Assembly: GCA_030390025.1 (NCBI GenBank)
Contig: CM059438.1
Coordinates: 52,764,001-52,828,000, forward strand
DNA length: 64,000 nt
Origin: Squalus acanthias
Taxonomy: Eukaryota
Reading direction: 5' to 3'
Within the stretch, counting starts at the first letter, position 1. Each line of letters starts with the position of its first letter. The notes below the pieces were generated by a model. The model had not been told where the DNA came from, searched no databases, and was given only the letters and a program-made list of their open reading frames with translations. This document shows positions 13,600-27,429 of this stretch, piece by piece. The position numbers and the translations under genes are program-made.

Positions 13600-16500
13600 A
13601 CAGGGACCTGCTCACCGGGCTCCGAGTGTGCTGGCTAAAGTCGTCAACCGACACTTTTTCGGTCCTGTCGCCCACTTGCAGGGTGAAAAATTTGTCCCCA
13701 GCCTGTAGCACCTTGTAGGGCCCGTCGTATGGGGGTTGAAGGGGTCTGCGGTGGGCGTCGTGCCAGACTAAAATGAATCGTGCCTGGTGCAGGCTTAGTG
13801 GGACGTGTGTGGTGGATTCGCCGTGCCGGGCAATGGGCACCGGGGCGAACTGCAGCGCCGGTGAGGCGAAGTCGTGGCGTTGCTGGTCGGCTGACCAGGG
13901 TGTCGTGGCGGTGGGCAGGAACTCGCCGGGTACGCGCAGCGGCTGACCGTACACGAGCTCTGCTGCCGCTGCGTGGAGGTCTTCTTTAACCGCGGTGCGC
14001 AGGCCGAGGAGGACCCACGGAAGTCGGTCGGTCCAGGCGCCGTCCTGGAGGCTGGCTCAAAGAGATGCCTTCAAGGATCTGTGGAACCGCTCACACAGTC
14101 CGTTGGCTTGGGGGTGGTACGCTGTGGTGCGGTGAATGGTCACCCCGAGATTGTGTGCGACGGCGGTCCAGAGTTCAGAGGTAAATTGCGGACCTCTGTC
14201 CGACGTCATGTCGGAGGGGACGCCCAACCGTGCGACCCAGGTGCTGACGAAGGCTCTGGCGATGTCGGCGGTGGTGGTAGAGGTCAGTGGAATTGCCTCG
14301 GGCCAGCGCATGGTGCGGTCAATGATCGTCAGCAAGTGCGTGTGGCCTTGCGACGGCGGCAGGGGCCCGACGATGTCCATGTGGATGTGGTCGAATCTCC
14401 GCGAGGGGACGGTAAACTCCTCGAGGGGTGCTTTCGTGTGTTGCTGTACCTTGGCCCGTTGGCAGGCTAGGCAGGAGTTGGCCCAAGTACGCACATCCTT
14501 GCGAAGGCCACGCCAGACAAAGCGGTTGGCTACCAATTTGATGGATGCGCGGGCGCCGGGGTGGGAGAGGTTGTGGAGAATCTCGAATACCCGGCGGCGC
14601 CAGGATGCTGGGACGATGGGCCGAGGTTGACAGAGGGATATGTCGCACTTGACCGTGACTGCGGTCGGGCCACAGGCGACGTCGGCCAGGCGTAGCCCTG
14701 GTAGGTTGGTAGGTGCGGAGAGCAGAACAGGGTCGGTGATCTGGTCTGCTGCGAGTTGAGCGTAGTTGACTGCCAGGTGTGCGGCGTGGATGGCGGGGCG
14801 GGAGAGGCAGTCGGTTACCACATTGTCTCGGCCGGAGACGTGTTGGATGTCCGTGGTGAACTCGGACACTGCCGCAAGCTGGCACTGCTGCCTGGCGGAC
14901 CAGGGGTCGGTTGTCTTTGCCATTGCGAATGTCAGGGGCTTGTGGTCGACAAACGCAGTGAAGGGGTGGCCCTCAAGCAAAAACTGAAAATGGCGGACTG
15001 CCAGGAACAGCGCGAGGAGCTCGCGGTCGAAGGTGCTGTACTTGACCTCCGGGGGTCGTAGTTGGCGGCTGAAAAGGCAAGTGGTTGCCAGGCGCCGTCG
15101 ACCCACTGCTCATACACGGCGCCGACCGCGTGGTCGGAGGCGTCCGTGGTGAGCGCTACTCTGGCATTGGGCCGTGGGTGCGCGAGCAGGGTGTCATTGG
15201 CGAGCGCAGTCTTGGTGCAGTCGAAGGCGGCGGACGCGTCTGCCGTCCATTCGACCGCCATCTTGCCGCTCCTGCCCCGGAGGGCTTCATACAGGGGCCT
15301 CATGAGGGACGCCGCTTTGGGGATGAAGCGGTTATAGAAATTCACCATCCCGAGGAACTCCTGGAGGCCTTTGATGGTGGTGGGGCGGGGAAATTGTTGG
15401 ACGGCCTGCACCTTGGTGGGCAGGGGAATGGCCCCAGCATGGGTGATGTGGTGGCCGAGGAAGTCGATCTTGTCCAGGCCGAACTGGCATTTGGCTGGGC
15501 TGAGGATGAGCCCGTGGTGGCTGAGGCGCCCGAACAGGATGCGAAGGTGTTCGAGGTGTTCCTGCTTGGAGGAACTGGCTACCAGGATGTCATCCAGGTA
15601 GACGAACAGGAACTTCAGGTCCCGAAGGACCGAGTCCATGAGCCGTTGGAATGCCTGGGCCACGTTTTTGAGGCCGAAGGGCATCCGCAGGAACTCGAAC
15701 AGGCTGAAGGGGATGATTACGGCCGTCTTGGGGACGTCCGCGGGGTGGACGGGGACTTGGTGGTATCCGCACACCAGGTCGACCTTGGAAAAGACTGAGC
15801 GGCCGGCCAGTCTAGCCGAGAAGTCCTGAATGTGCGGCACGGGGTACCGATCAGGGGTGGTGCCGTCATTGAGGCGGCGGTAATCCCCGCAGGGGCGCCA
15901 ACCCCCGCCTGGTTTGGGGGCGATGTGGAGTGGGGAGGCCCAGGGACTGTTGGAGCGGTGGATGATGCCGAGCTGTTCCATGGTGGCAAACTCGGTCCGC
16001 GCGATCTCCAGTTTGGCCGGGTCCAGCCTGCGGGCGTGGGCGTACACTGGGGGGCCTGTGGTGGGGATGAAGTGTTCCACCCCGTGTTTGGCGGCCTCCG
16101 CGGAGAAGGTCGGATTGGTAAGGGCCGGGAATTCGGCCAGGAATGCCGAGTAGTCATCCATGGCCCGGGCATGGCACTGTGACGCCATGTCGGCGGGTTG
16201 ACGGGGGGCCATGGCGCCCAGGATGGGGGACATGGTGTTCATGTCCACGAGGCGGTGACGAGGGATGTCTACCAGAAGGCCGTGGGCGCACAGGAAATCT
16301 GCGCCGATGAGAGGGGAGAGCACCTTGGCAGTGATGAACTCCCATCGGTAGCGGTGACCAGCGAGGTCGAGGGTGACTGTCCGGGTGCCATACGTCCGGA
16401 TTTCCGAGCCGTTAGCAGCAGCCAGCGCCGGTCCTCGTTCGCCCTTTTGGATGTCGAGGGAGGAAGCCGGGATGATGCTGTGCTGAGCCCCAGTGTCGCA

Positions 16501-17250
16501 CAGGAACCGGCGGCTGGTTTTGTCATCCGTGACGTACAGCAGGGAGCCCGTGTGGCCCACGGCCATCGCGGAGGCTGGTGCAGGGGCGGACTTGAAAGAG
16601 CAGGGAGGTGGGCCCTGGCGCCGAACCGTGCGTGGTAGTAACAGAGGCCTGGGTTAGTGGGGCGCGAAGGCCCCGTGGGCCTGGTGGCTGGTCCTTGTGG
16701 CCGCGTGATGGCCGGTGAGGGGCGCGCCCAGGCATTGGCTGCCAGGTCCGGAGTGACGTCGCGGCTGGAGTGAGCGGACAGCAGCTTGTCGGCCTCATCG
16801 GCCAGGGCTTCCAGGTTCATGAGGCCGGATGCCACGATCGCTGGGCGGATGCTGAGAGGGAGCTGGCGGATGAACAGCGTGCGGAAGAGGGATCCGGGTG
16901 GGCTCTCGTCGGTGAGGGAGAGCATGTGGGAGAGGAGGTCTGACGGTGAGGCATCACCGAGGCCTGGAAGGTCGAGGAGGTGGCAGTTTCGCTGATATGC
17001 CGAGGCCGTAAATTTTTTAAGGAGCGCTGCCTTGAGATGTGCATACTTGCCTTCCTCTGGTGGGTTCTGCAGCGCTGTCCAAACCTTCGAAACTGTGGCG
17101 CTACCGAGTGATGTGACGAGGTAGACGTACTGCGTCCCATCTGTGGTGATGTTTCGCAGCCGGAAGCGGGATTCAGCTTGGAGAAACCAGGCTTCGGGCT
17201 GGTTTTTCCAAAACTCCAGCAGTTTCACGGAAACTGCGTTCGTGTCCGCC
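13600..17250 (-). pseudogene. Gypsy gag-pol
   Basis: Gag 'VKLLEFWKNQPEAWF', CYYH; PR 'LCDTGA'; RT 'YLDD'; RH 'TDAS', 'DRELLA'; IN HHCC, DDE, GPY. Frameshifts near 16605 and 15080; TGA at 14057. Confidence 0.92.
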
Positions 17251-17279
17251 ATTGCAGTGCTCAGAATACGTTCTGAGCA

Positions 17280-17291
17280 TCGGGGTCACCA
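17280..17291 (-). promoter_or_regulatory. Primer binding site, tRNA-Trp
   Basis: TGGTGACCCCGA one base after the 5' LTR, complementary to the tRNA-Trp 3' end. Confidence 0.85.
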
Positions 17292-18099
17292 ATGTTGAGG
17301 CTGCCGCGAAACACGAATTAAGACTGAATCCATGTGTGGAAAAACAGAGACTTTTTAATACAACTGCATGGTCCAAAATGGCTGAACAGACTGCTCCCAG
17401 AATTCTCTGGAAAAACCCTGAGGCTCCGCCCACTCCTTCTCGCCTGCCTTCAAGGCAAGGTGCCTTAAAGGCAAGGTGCTCGATATATTGTCCACGGACA
17501 GAAAAGTGGATAATGCCCGTTTAGGTGGCGATCCGCCACACCCATCCCTTTAAATTTGACTAAGAAGCAGTTTTTGTTTCCTACCAGTGATGTCATCGCT
17601 AGACCCGACAGAGTTTGCACATGGAGTTGTGAGAGGTGGATTCTCAACTGTCGGCTGCTAATTTAGCATTAGTATAGTGGGCGCTATGGATCTCTCACAC
17701 CCGATGTCCGCCAGAAGTGCGCTTGATGATATTTTGAGTTGAGCATATTTTAGTTATCCAGGGCACCAGCCCGAAACTGGCGGGCACCTAATAAATATAT
17801 GTAAATGAGGGTCCTGCACCTGTTTCAGGACCTGATCGCCTTTTACAACTTCCTGAGTGCTGGAACCACCCATCCCAGAACCTGGCCGCAAATCCTGGGC
17901 AAGAACAGTTGGGAGGGCCACTGTGCCAGGGTTATTTACAGGGACCCTCAGCTGCAGCTCGGTAAGTACCTGCTCAGCGGGCTTTTGTGTCTATTTCTGG
18001 CTGTGTTGACTGCAGTAGCTAAATGCAAAAATTGTGGCAAGTTATTTTTTGAAGTTGGGGGATAATTTCTGTCTGGGGGATTCTGCAATAATTTCCTCT

Positions 18100-21006
18100 G
18101 GCAACATGGAGGACCAGGACAGGAAGAGCAGCGAGCCGGAGTGGAGAGACCTGCAGTGAGAGGAGGGCGAAGAATGGGCAGGCTCAAGAGGCCTTACCCC
18201 ACACAAGTTTACGGGACAAGAGCATCGTGTTTCCACTTAAATGATAAGCAGAGTGTCCAGCAGTCCTGCTTCACCAGGGAAGCTGTTACCAGCTACGTCA
18301 CCTGTTGGAGCACCAACTGCAGCCCAGCACCAAGTGACATACTCGGTGAACTGTGGTTTGGAAGGTGACTGTACCCCTGAATTTCTATGTCTCGGGGTCA
18401 TTCCAGGCTGCAACAGATGACATTAGCAATATTAGTCTTGTGCTCCAGAACTAGCCGCGCCTATAGCCAAGCTGTTCCAGTACAGCTACAACAGCATCTA
18501 TCCGACAATGTGGAAAACTGCCCAGGTATGTCCTGTCCACAGAAAGCAGGACAAATCCAACCCGGCCAATTACCGCCCCATCAGTCTACTCTCAATAATC
18601 AGCAAAGTGATGGAAGGTGTCATCGAAAGAGCTATCAAGCAGCACTTACTCACCAATAACCTGCTCACTGATGTCCAGTTTGGGTTCTGCCAAGACCACT
18701 TGGCTCCCGACCTCATTACAGCCTTGGTCCAAACAAGGACAAAGGAGCTGAACTCTAGAGGTGAGGTGAGAGTGACTGAGTGTGGCATCAAGGAGCCCTA
18801 GTAAAACTGAAGTCAATGGGAATCGGGGGAAAACTGTCCACTGGCTGGAGTCATACCTAACACAAAGGAAGATGGTTGTGATGGTTGCAGATCAATCATC
18901 ACAGCCCCAGGACATCGCTGCAGGAGTTCCTCAGGGCAGTGTCCTAGGCCCAACCACCTTCAGCTGCTTCATCAATGAGCTTCCCTCCAACATAAGGTCA
19001 GAAATGGGGATGTTCGCTGATGACTGCACAGTGTTCAGCGCCATTCACAACTCCTCAGATAATGAAGCTGTCCATGGCCACATGCAACAAGACCTGGACG
19101 ACATTCAGGCTTGGGCTGATAAGTGGCAGGTAACATTCGCGCCACAAAAGTGCCAGGCAATGACGATCTCCAACAAGAGAGAGTCTAACCACTTCACCTT
19201 GACATTCAACAGCATTACCATCACCAAATCCCCCACCATCAACATCCTGGGGGTCACCATTGACCAGAAACTTAACTGGACCAGCCACATAAATACTGTG
19301 GCAACAAGAGCAGGTCAGAGGCTGGGTATTCTGCGGCGAGTGTCTCACCACCTGACTCCCCAAAGCCATCTACAAGGCACAAGTAAGGAGTGTGATGGAA
19401 TACTCTCCACTTGCCTGGATGAGTGCAGCTCCAACAACACTTAGGAAACTTGACACCATCCAGGACAAAGCAGCCCGCTTGATTGGCACCCCCTCGACCA
19501 CCTTAAACATTCACTCCCTCCACCACCGACGTACTGCGACTGCAGTGTGTACCATCTACAAGATGCACTGCAGCAACTCGCCAAGGCTTCTTCGGCAGCA
19601 CCTCCCAAACCCGCGACCTCTACCACCTAGAATGACAAGGGCAGCAGGTGCATGGGAACACCATCACCTCCAAGTTACCCTCCAAATCACACACACCATC
19701 CTGACTTAGATGTCGCTGGGTCAAAATCCTGGAACTCCCTCCCTAACAGCACTGTGGGAGTACCTTCACCACACGGACTGCAGCCATTGAAGAAGGCAGC
19801 TCACCACCACCTTCTCAAGGTCAATTAGGGATGGGCAGTAGATGCTTGCCTTGCCAGCGACATCTACATCCCATGAACGAGAAAAAAACCTCAATTTGTG
19901 GTGGATTCCTGTAACGAGAAGGTCACGGATCCGCTCTTTGCCAAAGCAAACCGGTTTATCTCCTTCCATTTGGAGGCAGCAAAGCAGGAAGACAGGGCTT
20001 TTGACTTCGCCAGGATTGCAGCGAACCCCACAGGCACAGCGTGTAATTGACAGCACACACATCACATAGCCTTGCATGCTCTATATCAATTGCAGAAACC
20101 ATGTTCCAATGATTTACAGCTATTGTCAGCTCTAGAAACCAAAACAAACATTTAATGCCTTTCATTACTTTGCTGTAATTCTGTACTTTTAATTACATAT
20201 TCTAACTCTTTAAAAAAATAAATCATGGTTTGTTGGTATTTACCAGAACATAAGCTGTTGACTGACCATCAGACTGGATATGCTGTGCTGATGTGACTCA
20301 GTTTTTTTCATTTTATTTAATTGCTAACAAACTTTTTTGTTGTTGCAAGAATTGCATTTATATAGCACCTTTCAGGACATCACAAAGTGCCTCACAGCCA
20401 ATGAAGCACATGAACACATCAAGAACCCGGAGCATACATGAATAGGAAAGGCTTCCACTCGCTGAATGTGCAGCTGGTGTGTGACAATAGGCAGCACATC
20501 ACGCAGGTCCATGCCCGGTTTCCTGGCAGTTGTCATGATGCTTTTATTCTGCACCAGTCCTCAATCTCCCCTCTCTTCCACCCAGACCATCAGGAGTCAG
20601 GCTGGCTGCTTGGGGACAAGGGTGTATCTCCTGGACATGTGGCTCATAACACCTATTAGGAACATACAGAGAGGAGCAATACAATCAGAGTCACGTCTCT
20701 ACAAGAGTTCTGATTGAGCAAGCCATCAGCATCCTGAAACAGACATTCCGCTGCTTGGTTTATTCAGGAGGTCTCCTGCAATATAGCTCTGAGAGACTCT
20801 CCAGATTTGTTGTAGTTTGCTGCCTGCTCCATAACTTTGCCCTGAAAAGGGAACAACCCTTCGAGCCACCTGTGGTGGAACATGTAGAGGTGCAGAAAAA
20901 GGACGAACAGATGAACACCAAGAATGCCGAGCAAGAGAAAGGGCCACCGATCCTGTCACCTGCCAGAACTGTACACCAACGGATCATCGATGAACGCTTT
21001 GGTTGA
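18100..21006 (+). pseudogene. Fragmented Harbinger (HARBI1-like) DDE transposase
   Basis: 'RPYPTQVY', 'VIDSTHI', '[15 protein letters not shown]...[11 protein letters not shown]...WLLGDKG', 'CCLLHNFAL'; interrupted by a LINE. Confidence 0.85.
18440..19888 (+). mobile_element. 5'-truncated copy of the second CR1-group LINE family
   Basis: [23 protein letters not shown]; tail similar to GGGATGGGCAATAAATGCTGG...poly(A) of the copy at 37719. Confidence 0.9.
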
Positions 21007-22765
21007 ATCACCCTCCAGCCCTGCACCAACAGTCCTTCCACCCGCCAGATGAATACCCCCAACGTAAACACCAGCATCAGTATTTCTATCACATCACATG
21101 GCGTGGTCAACAAACACCAATTCAAAGGTGATTTTAAATTGGCATCAAACAAATTTATAAATGAAAGGTCACCTATGTGAATACCCCTAGTGCCAGTCTT
21201 AGGTGCTTTCTTGCCTAGTCTAGTGCTCTTATGAGGTGCTACCCAGTGGCTACAACACAAGAGGAAGGCTGCTCTTCATCCACTAAGGACACTTGAGATG
21301 GCTCTGGTGGGTGACCTGGAGAAGCTCTGCCCAGAGAGATCCCGGCTGCAGACTGCAGTATCTCAGCTACAGCCAGGGTACAACAAGCTTTCTGGCACTA
21401 ATATGGAGTGATGCTAATGGAGCAAAGCATGACCTGCACTCAGAGGAGTCCTCAGTGATTGACGCGAGGGACATCAGAACAAAGATCATCTCTGCAGTCT
21501 TCTCTTCTGTATAACTCAGCCCTCACCATCTTCATCATCTTCCTCCTGTGCCACAGTTGCTGTGCAGGGAAGGATGGTAGAAGCTAAGAATGGATGTGCA
21601 TCACCACCTTCCGATTAAAGAGACAAAGAACGGTATGGAAGGTTGTGGCTGTGTGGTGCTTCACAGGGATGCCAGCGTGGTACTGCAGGTGCTCAGTCAG
21701 TAACCTGGCGCCGGCAAAATGCCGCCCACTTCACCATTTCCCACAGCAAGAGCTCAGCACTTCCCCATGAGCTCCAAGGCCTTCCCCTTGAAGGGGATTC
21801 AGCATTTAAGGTTTTGGAACTCTCTCCAGTGCCCAGCCTGTGATGGGCATTGTGCACCAATTTGTGTTAATAAGTTAATTTGGGTTAATAAGGGTAAGAC
21901 TGGCAGTTGCGAAATGTGTGCCAAGTGGCGTGGGAGAGCTGAAGTTAGAGATGTGGGCGTAAAGTGGAGGAAGGGGTTTAGGGTTGTGCATGTCAGTAAT
22001 TGTTGTGAGGGGAGCTAGGGAGCCATAGTGCAAGATGTCAATTTACAGCCCCCTTAACTAGAGAGCGTTGCGAAGGGATAGTTGTGCAAATGTTGTTTTA
22101 AAAGGGTGATGATTCTATTAGTGCCCAGGGTGGGCAAGGAAGAAAAGGCAGAGGTGTCCCATGTGTTAGCTTGCCTGCCCTGCTGACGATGTGAAACTTT
22201 GGGCAGCACTGTTCTGCAGTCGTAGGGGTAAATGAGTTGGCAATACGTGCCAGTGCTACCATCGAGGTGCCTTCAATCTCCTCCAGGAGGGATTAGAGAT
22301 CTGAATCAGTTCTGCATTTTCCTTCTCTGGCTTGGTGTCAAGCCCCGTTACATTCTTGGTGCTGATGTCATACTTTTAAAAAAGTATGTTAAAATGATTG
22401 ATAAGACATGTAGTTAAATCAGAGAGTGAAGTGAGAGAGCCAAGGAGTGTTGGTTCTCCCCCAGTAAGCTGCTGCCAACAAATCTTGCTACTGTGAATTT
22501 GGGTTTTCCACAATTCGGCAGTAATCTCCAGATCTGCAAAAATGAAACGGGACAAAACTGCAAATAATATAACCCTGGGATTGAACTGCCAGATTGCTAG
22601 GACTCGGGAGGGGGGGGTGGTGGAATACGTTGCTAGATACGTTGAGAAGATATGTAGAAAGATATGTATATGAAGACTAGATATATGTACTTCACCAAAA
22701 GGCAATAGGGAAGCTCTCCCACCTGCTGCAAAAGGAATTGTAGCCATGGTCATCTGCCCACACTG

Positions 22766-24405
22766 TGTAAGGGGTGACCTGCGGCTCTGTGCTTAGCCTG
22801 GGTGCTAGTGCGAGGTTAGGCCTTGTTGCCTGTTCTGGTCTCCAGCCAGCCTGGTAACACTAGACACCTGTGAGTGGTTCGACCCACTCGCCCTTACGGT
22901 TCTGACACTGGACATAGGTGCGAGAGCAATAATGCAGAGAAAGACTCAAGTAGACCCGGTTGAATAGTGCGAAATGGAAAATCTTTATTGCATATTATTC
23001 AAGATTACGAGATACATGTCATAAGCACAGATTAATGACAGTACAATCTTACACACAGTTATGTAACTAATTTTAGGGAAACGAGGAGCGCATGACACAT
23101 CGTAAAAGGGGACACACATTATACTTATCCTTAAAACTTAAACCCTCCCCTATCAATACCTGTCCTAATCTAGATTTGTCGGATCGAGACTCATGCTCAC
23201 CACTCGTGATAACTCGGAGAATTCCGAAACTCTGCTCGGATGTTTTTACCGCAGCACCTGACTATCCACGTGCTGATCAGGGGTCTCTGTACCCCACTTG
23301 TTTACTCGTTTCTGCTCCGGCTAGCAGGCTGGACCGTCTGCTGTCATGAAGATCTGTGTTGTCCTCGGAGTTCCGATACTACTCGAAAAAGAGTCTTCCT
23401 GTGCCCTCACCAGTTGTAAAACTCAAAGAAGGGTCTTCTTGGGCAAGGAAGTGTTTATTCGACTTACAGGCGCGGTCGGGGCTTACTGACCGTGGCGATA
23501 CGTATTGTCGTCTCGTTCTCTTCTCATCTCATCTCATCTCATCTCCTCTCGGGGCTTCGGTTCCAACACCGTTTACCGACTTCTCGGGATGGTGTGCCCG
23601 TTTCAAGGCCTCACAGCCCAGTTCTACACAGATCTTCGCGGCAAGCCACGAGGTTGATCCCAGCGGATCAGAGTCCAGAGCCGTCAGGCAAGAGAATAAA
23701 AGTTCAACAGCCTTCCAGCGAGTTAAAGCAGCAAGCACAAGAAGAAGCAGAGGCAGCAGTCAGCAGCAAGAGAGAGATGGACGCTTGTACCTTACAGTTA
23801 TAGTGCTGTAATTCCTCCTTTTCCCGCCCAATCTTAATGTCTATCTTTTGTCAGGGTTTTGGCGCTCAAACTTCTTGTATAGGGTGATCTCCGTTTTTAA
23901 TGGGTTTCGGTGATACTTGTAACTGTCTGAGTACCCGTTAATACTTCTCCCATTGTGGAACCGGCTAGTAGTCTCCCTGGAGGGGTTTTGGGGCTTCCAA
24001 ATGCTTTCTGTAACTACCCGCAAACGGCTCTCTCATCGTAGAGTCGTGGGGATTTTGCATATTAATGTCTTTGGATGGGTTCTTGATCGCTCGGTACAAT
24101 AGCCCTTATTCGCACCTGGGAGACCGATTCCAGTATTTATGTATAAAATGCAAACCCATCATGTCTTGTCAATTATCTCAAATGTGCTGAGTCCTGTACG
24201 ATCTTGCACAAATGTTTATTGGAACGCCATCTTGTCTGCCCATTGAAAGTCTAGAACGTTCTGCCATGAGGCGTGGCGGCCATTTTACAGGCTGTTTGTG
24301 TCCGCTTTGAAACCTGACAGCATTCTGCTGAAATAAAGCTGTTTGTACGAAACTTTATGTCTCCTTCTTATTTTATAAAATCGCGATAATTTTGCGAATT
24401 CTACA
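22766..24405 (-). mobile_element. Long solo LTR (about 1.64 kb), same family as 53018-54683
   Basis: Minus strand TGTAGAATTCG...CCCCTTACA; flanks ACTG/ACTC; colinear with the second copy. Confidence 0.88.
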
Positions 24406-24414
24406 ACTCCTCTC

Positions 24415-25667
24415 TTCTTTTTTATTCGTTTATGGGATGTGGGCATCGATGGCAAGGCCAGCATTTATTGCCCATCCCTAATTGCCCTTGAGAAGGCGGT
24501 GGTGAGCTGCCTCCTTGAACCGCTGCAGTTCGTGTGGTAAAGGTACTCCCACAGTGCTGTTAGGGAGGGAGTTCCAGGATTTTGACCCAGCGACGATGAA
24601 GGATCAGTGATACATTTCCAAGTCAGGATGGTGTGTGACTTGGAGGGGAACTTGGAGGTGGTGATGTTCCCATGCGCCTGCTGCCCTTGTCCTTCTAGGT
24701 GGAAGAGGTCGCGGGTTTGGGAGGTGCTGCCGAAGAAGCCTTGGCGAGTTGCTTCAGTGCATCTTGTAGATGGTACACACTGCAGCCACGGTACACCGGT
24801 GGTGGAGGGAGTGAATGTTTAAGGTGGTGGATGGGGTGCCAGTCTAGCGGGCTGCTTTGTCCTGGATGCAGTCAAGCTTCTTGAGTGTTGTTGGAGCTGC
24901 ACTCATCCAGGCAAGTGGAGAGTATTCCATCACACTCCTTACATGTGCCTTGTAGGTGGTGGAAAGGCTTTGGGGAGTCAGGAGGTGAGACACTTGCCGC
25001 AGAATACCCAGCCTCTGACCTGCTCTTGTTGCCACAGTATTTATGTGGCTGGTCCAGTTAAGTTTCTGGTCAATGGTGACCCCCAGGATGTTGTTAGTGG
25101 GGGATTCGGCGATGGTAGTGCCATTGCATGTCAAGGGGAGGTGGTGAGACTCTCACTTGTTGGAGATAGTCATTACCTGGCACTTCTGTGGCGTGAATGT
25201 TACCTGCCACTTATCAGGCCAAGCCCTAACATCGTCCAGGTCTTGTTGCATGCGGGCATGGACTGTTTCATTATCTGAGGAGTTGTGAATGACACTGAAC
25301 ACTATGCAGTCAGCAGCGAACATCCCCATTTCTGACCTTATGTTGCAGGGAAGGTCATTGATGAAGCAGCTGAAGATGGTTGGACCTAGGATACTCCCCT
25401 GAGGAACTCCTGCAGCGATGTCCTGGGGCTCTGATGATTTGCTTTCAATCACCACAACCATCTTCCTTTGTGCTAGGTATGACTCCAGCCAGTGGAGAGT
25501 TTTCCCCCCGATTCCCATTGACTTCAGTTTTACTAGGGCTCCTTGATGCCAGACTCAGTCAAATGCTGCCTTGATGTCAAGGGCAGTCACTCTCACCTCA
25601 CCTCTGGAATTCAGCTCCTTTGTCCATGTTTTTACCAAGGCTGTAATGAGATCGGGAGCTGAGTGTG
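24415..25667 (-). mobile_element. 5'-truncated second-family LINE
   Basis: RT C-terminal half and the same 3' tail. Confidence 0.9.
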
Positions 25668-25769
25668 GCTAAGAGAGTGATGAGCACATTTATGGCATAG
25701 ACCCATTTCAGACAGCCATGGGGGATCTCTGTAATATCAGCCAGGCTGCCGTAAGGGCATGTATTCGCC

Positions 25770-26112
25770 AGGAGAGTGACACACTTTACAAGAGAGCTGG
25801 AGAATTTAAACATGAGAATTGTCAATTGGAGGTGTTGGTGGACTGGAAGCCAATGTAGGTCAGTGAGCACAGGGGTGATGGGTGACCGGGGCTTAGTGTG
25901 GGACAGTATGAACAGTAGAGTTTTGGCTGAGCTGAAGTTTATGGAGGGTGGACGATGGGAGGCCGACCAAGAGAGTAATACAGAGTTTCAGTAACACATG
26001 GGCTGAAGCAGGGGCAGAGCTGAGCAATGTTACGGAGATGGAAGTAGGCGGTCTTTATGATGGAGATGCTATTGGGTTGAGAGCTTAGCTTGGTTCAAAT
26101 AGGACACCAAGG
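25770..26112 (-). mobile_element. L2 LINE fragment
   Basis: 'LTDLHWLPV'; similar to the L2 at 51807-52512. Confidence 0.7.
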
Positions 26113-26674
26113 TTGTGATGAACTTTTACCTGGGGGGATATCCTGCAGATGATTGCCTTCACTTAATGAGGTGGAAACCCACAAAAATGGGTTCCATTCC
26201 AATTTGTGTTCCAGTACTGAGCCCTCACCGCCATTGCACCTCAGTTAGGTTTAAACATGCAAAGAAGTTTGTGGCCCCTACTTACAATACAAACAATATG
26301 TAACTTTGAAATGATATCAAGCTGTTCAGAAGAACAGGATCTTTCAAGGGAAGGGGGAATCATTTAAAGTTTACAGTCACTTAAGTGAAAAGGAGAATGG
26401 AGAATGGGATTTGAAAATCAGCCAGGGTTCTGTCCCTCTACTGGAAATTGCACAAATGCAGACACTGGATAAGTCAGCATCAGTCCTGGCAATGATACTT
26501 CCCATAATGAACAGCCTGGCAATCCTCTCAAAGATTACATATGAAAAATAGCTTAAGTACTGGAGGCCTACTAGTACCAAAGGAACCATGCCCAGTATTT
26601 GCCTTCGAAAAAGGGAAGAAAAAAACACAAGCTGATTCATATGGGTACTGATATGACATATGCGTTTACACAAC

Positions 26675-27025
26675 AATGATTTGATTGAGGTTTTTAGGAT
26701 TTTGAAAGGAACTGAGAGAGAGAAACTTTTTCCGTTGCTGGGGGTATCTAGGATAAGGGGACATAACCTTAAAATCAGAGCCAGGCCATTCAGGAGAGAA
26801 GTTAGAAAATACATCTTCACGCAAAGGGCGTTAGAAGTGTAGAACTCTCTCCCACAAATAGCAACAGATGATTTTTTAATAATAATTTTAAATCTGAGAT
26901 CGATATATCTTTGCTAGGCAAAGATATAAAAGGATATGGAACCGAGGCAGGTCGATGGAGTTAAGATACAGATCATCCATGATCCCATTGAATGATGCAA
27001 CAGGCTCCCTCCTGTATCTATGTTG
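26675..27025 (+). mobile_element. CR1 3' fragment
   Basis: 'DLIEVFRIL...RGHNLKIR' plus degenerate tail. Confidence 0.75.
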
Positions 27026-27429
27026 CTAATATCTCCAGGTAGAATGGAGCAGCAAAAACATTTAAACATGAAATAACAGAAAATGCCAGAGCACGAGGTC
27101 TATCAGCATCTAAAAGACAAAAGAGGTTAATCTTTTGGTATAGAGCTTGATCCCAGTTCTGACAAAGGGTCTGTTGAAAATATGCCTATATCTTGCATAT
27201 GAAGCATTTTAAAGTTGTGATCACCCTAACATGAAGTCCAAGTACTTCGCTGAAAAACCATGATGTCTTCTCAGAGATGGTTTGTGTGTACTGGAGCCCC
27301 AGTGAGTTTTGATCATGAATTAGTCAAATTAAAGGCTATCACTGAAAGGAGAAGGTATTTTAAATGTTACTTCTGTGATCAGAATCCAGATAGGTTGGAT
27401 TGCCACTGCTTTGTTAATAATCTTAGCAG

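Larger units (their letters stand above)
13184..17540 (-). mobile_element. Complete Gypsy/Ty3 LTR retrotransposon (CsRn1-like), mutated
   Basis: 248-bp TG..CA LTRs (13184-13431, 17293-17540); TSD CCCA; PBS; PPT at 13432-13442; gag-PR-RT-RH-IN order. Confidence 0.95.

Noticed and set aside
13416..17000. Many overlapping ORFs on both strands
   Set aside because: Shadow frames of GC-rich Gypsy pol.
20438..21006. Host HARBI1 gene
   Set aside because: Frameshifted, interrupted and multicopy; a transposon remnant.
23092..23811. ORFs inside the long LTR as an accessory gene
   Set aside because: Frames are not preserved in the second copy because of indels and repeat-length change.
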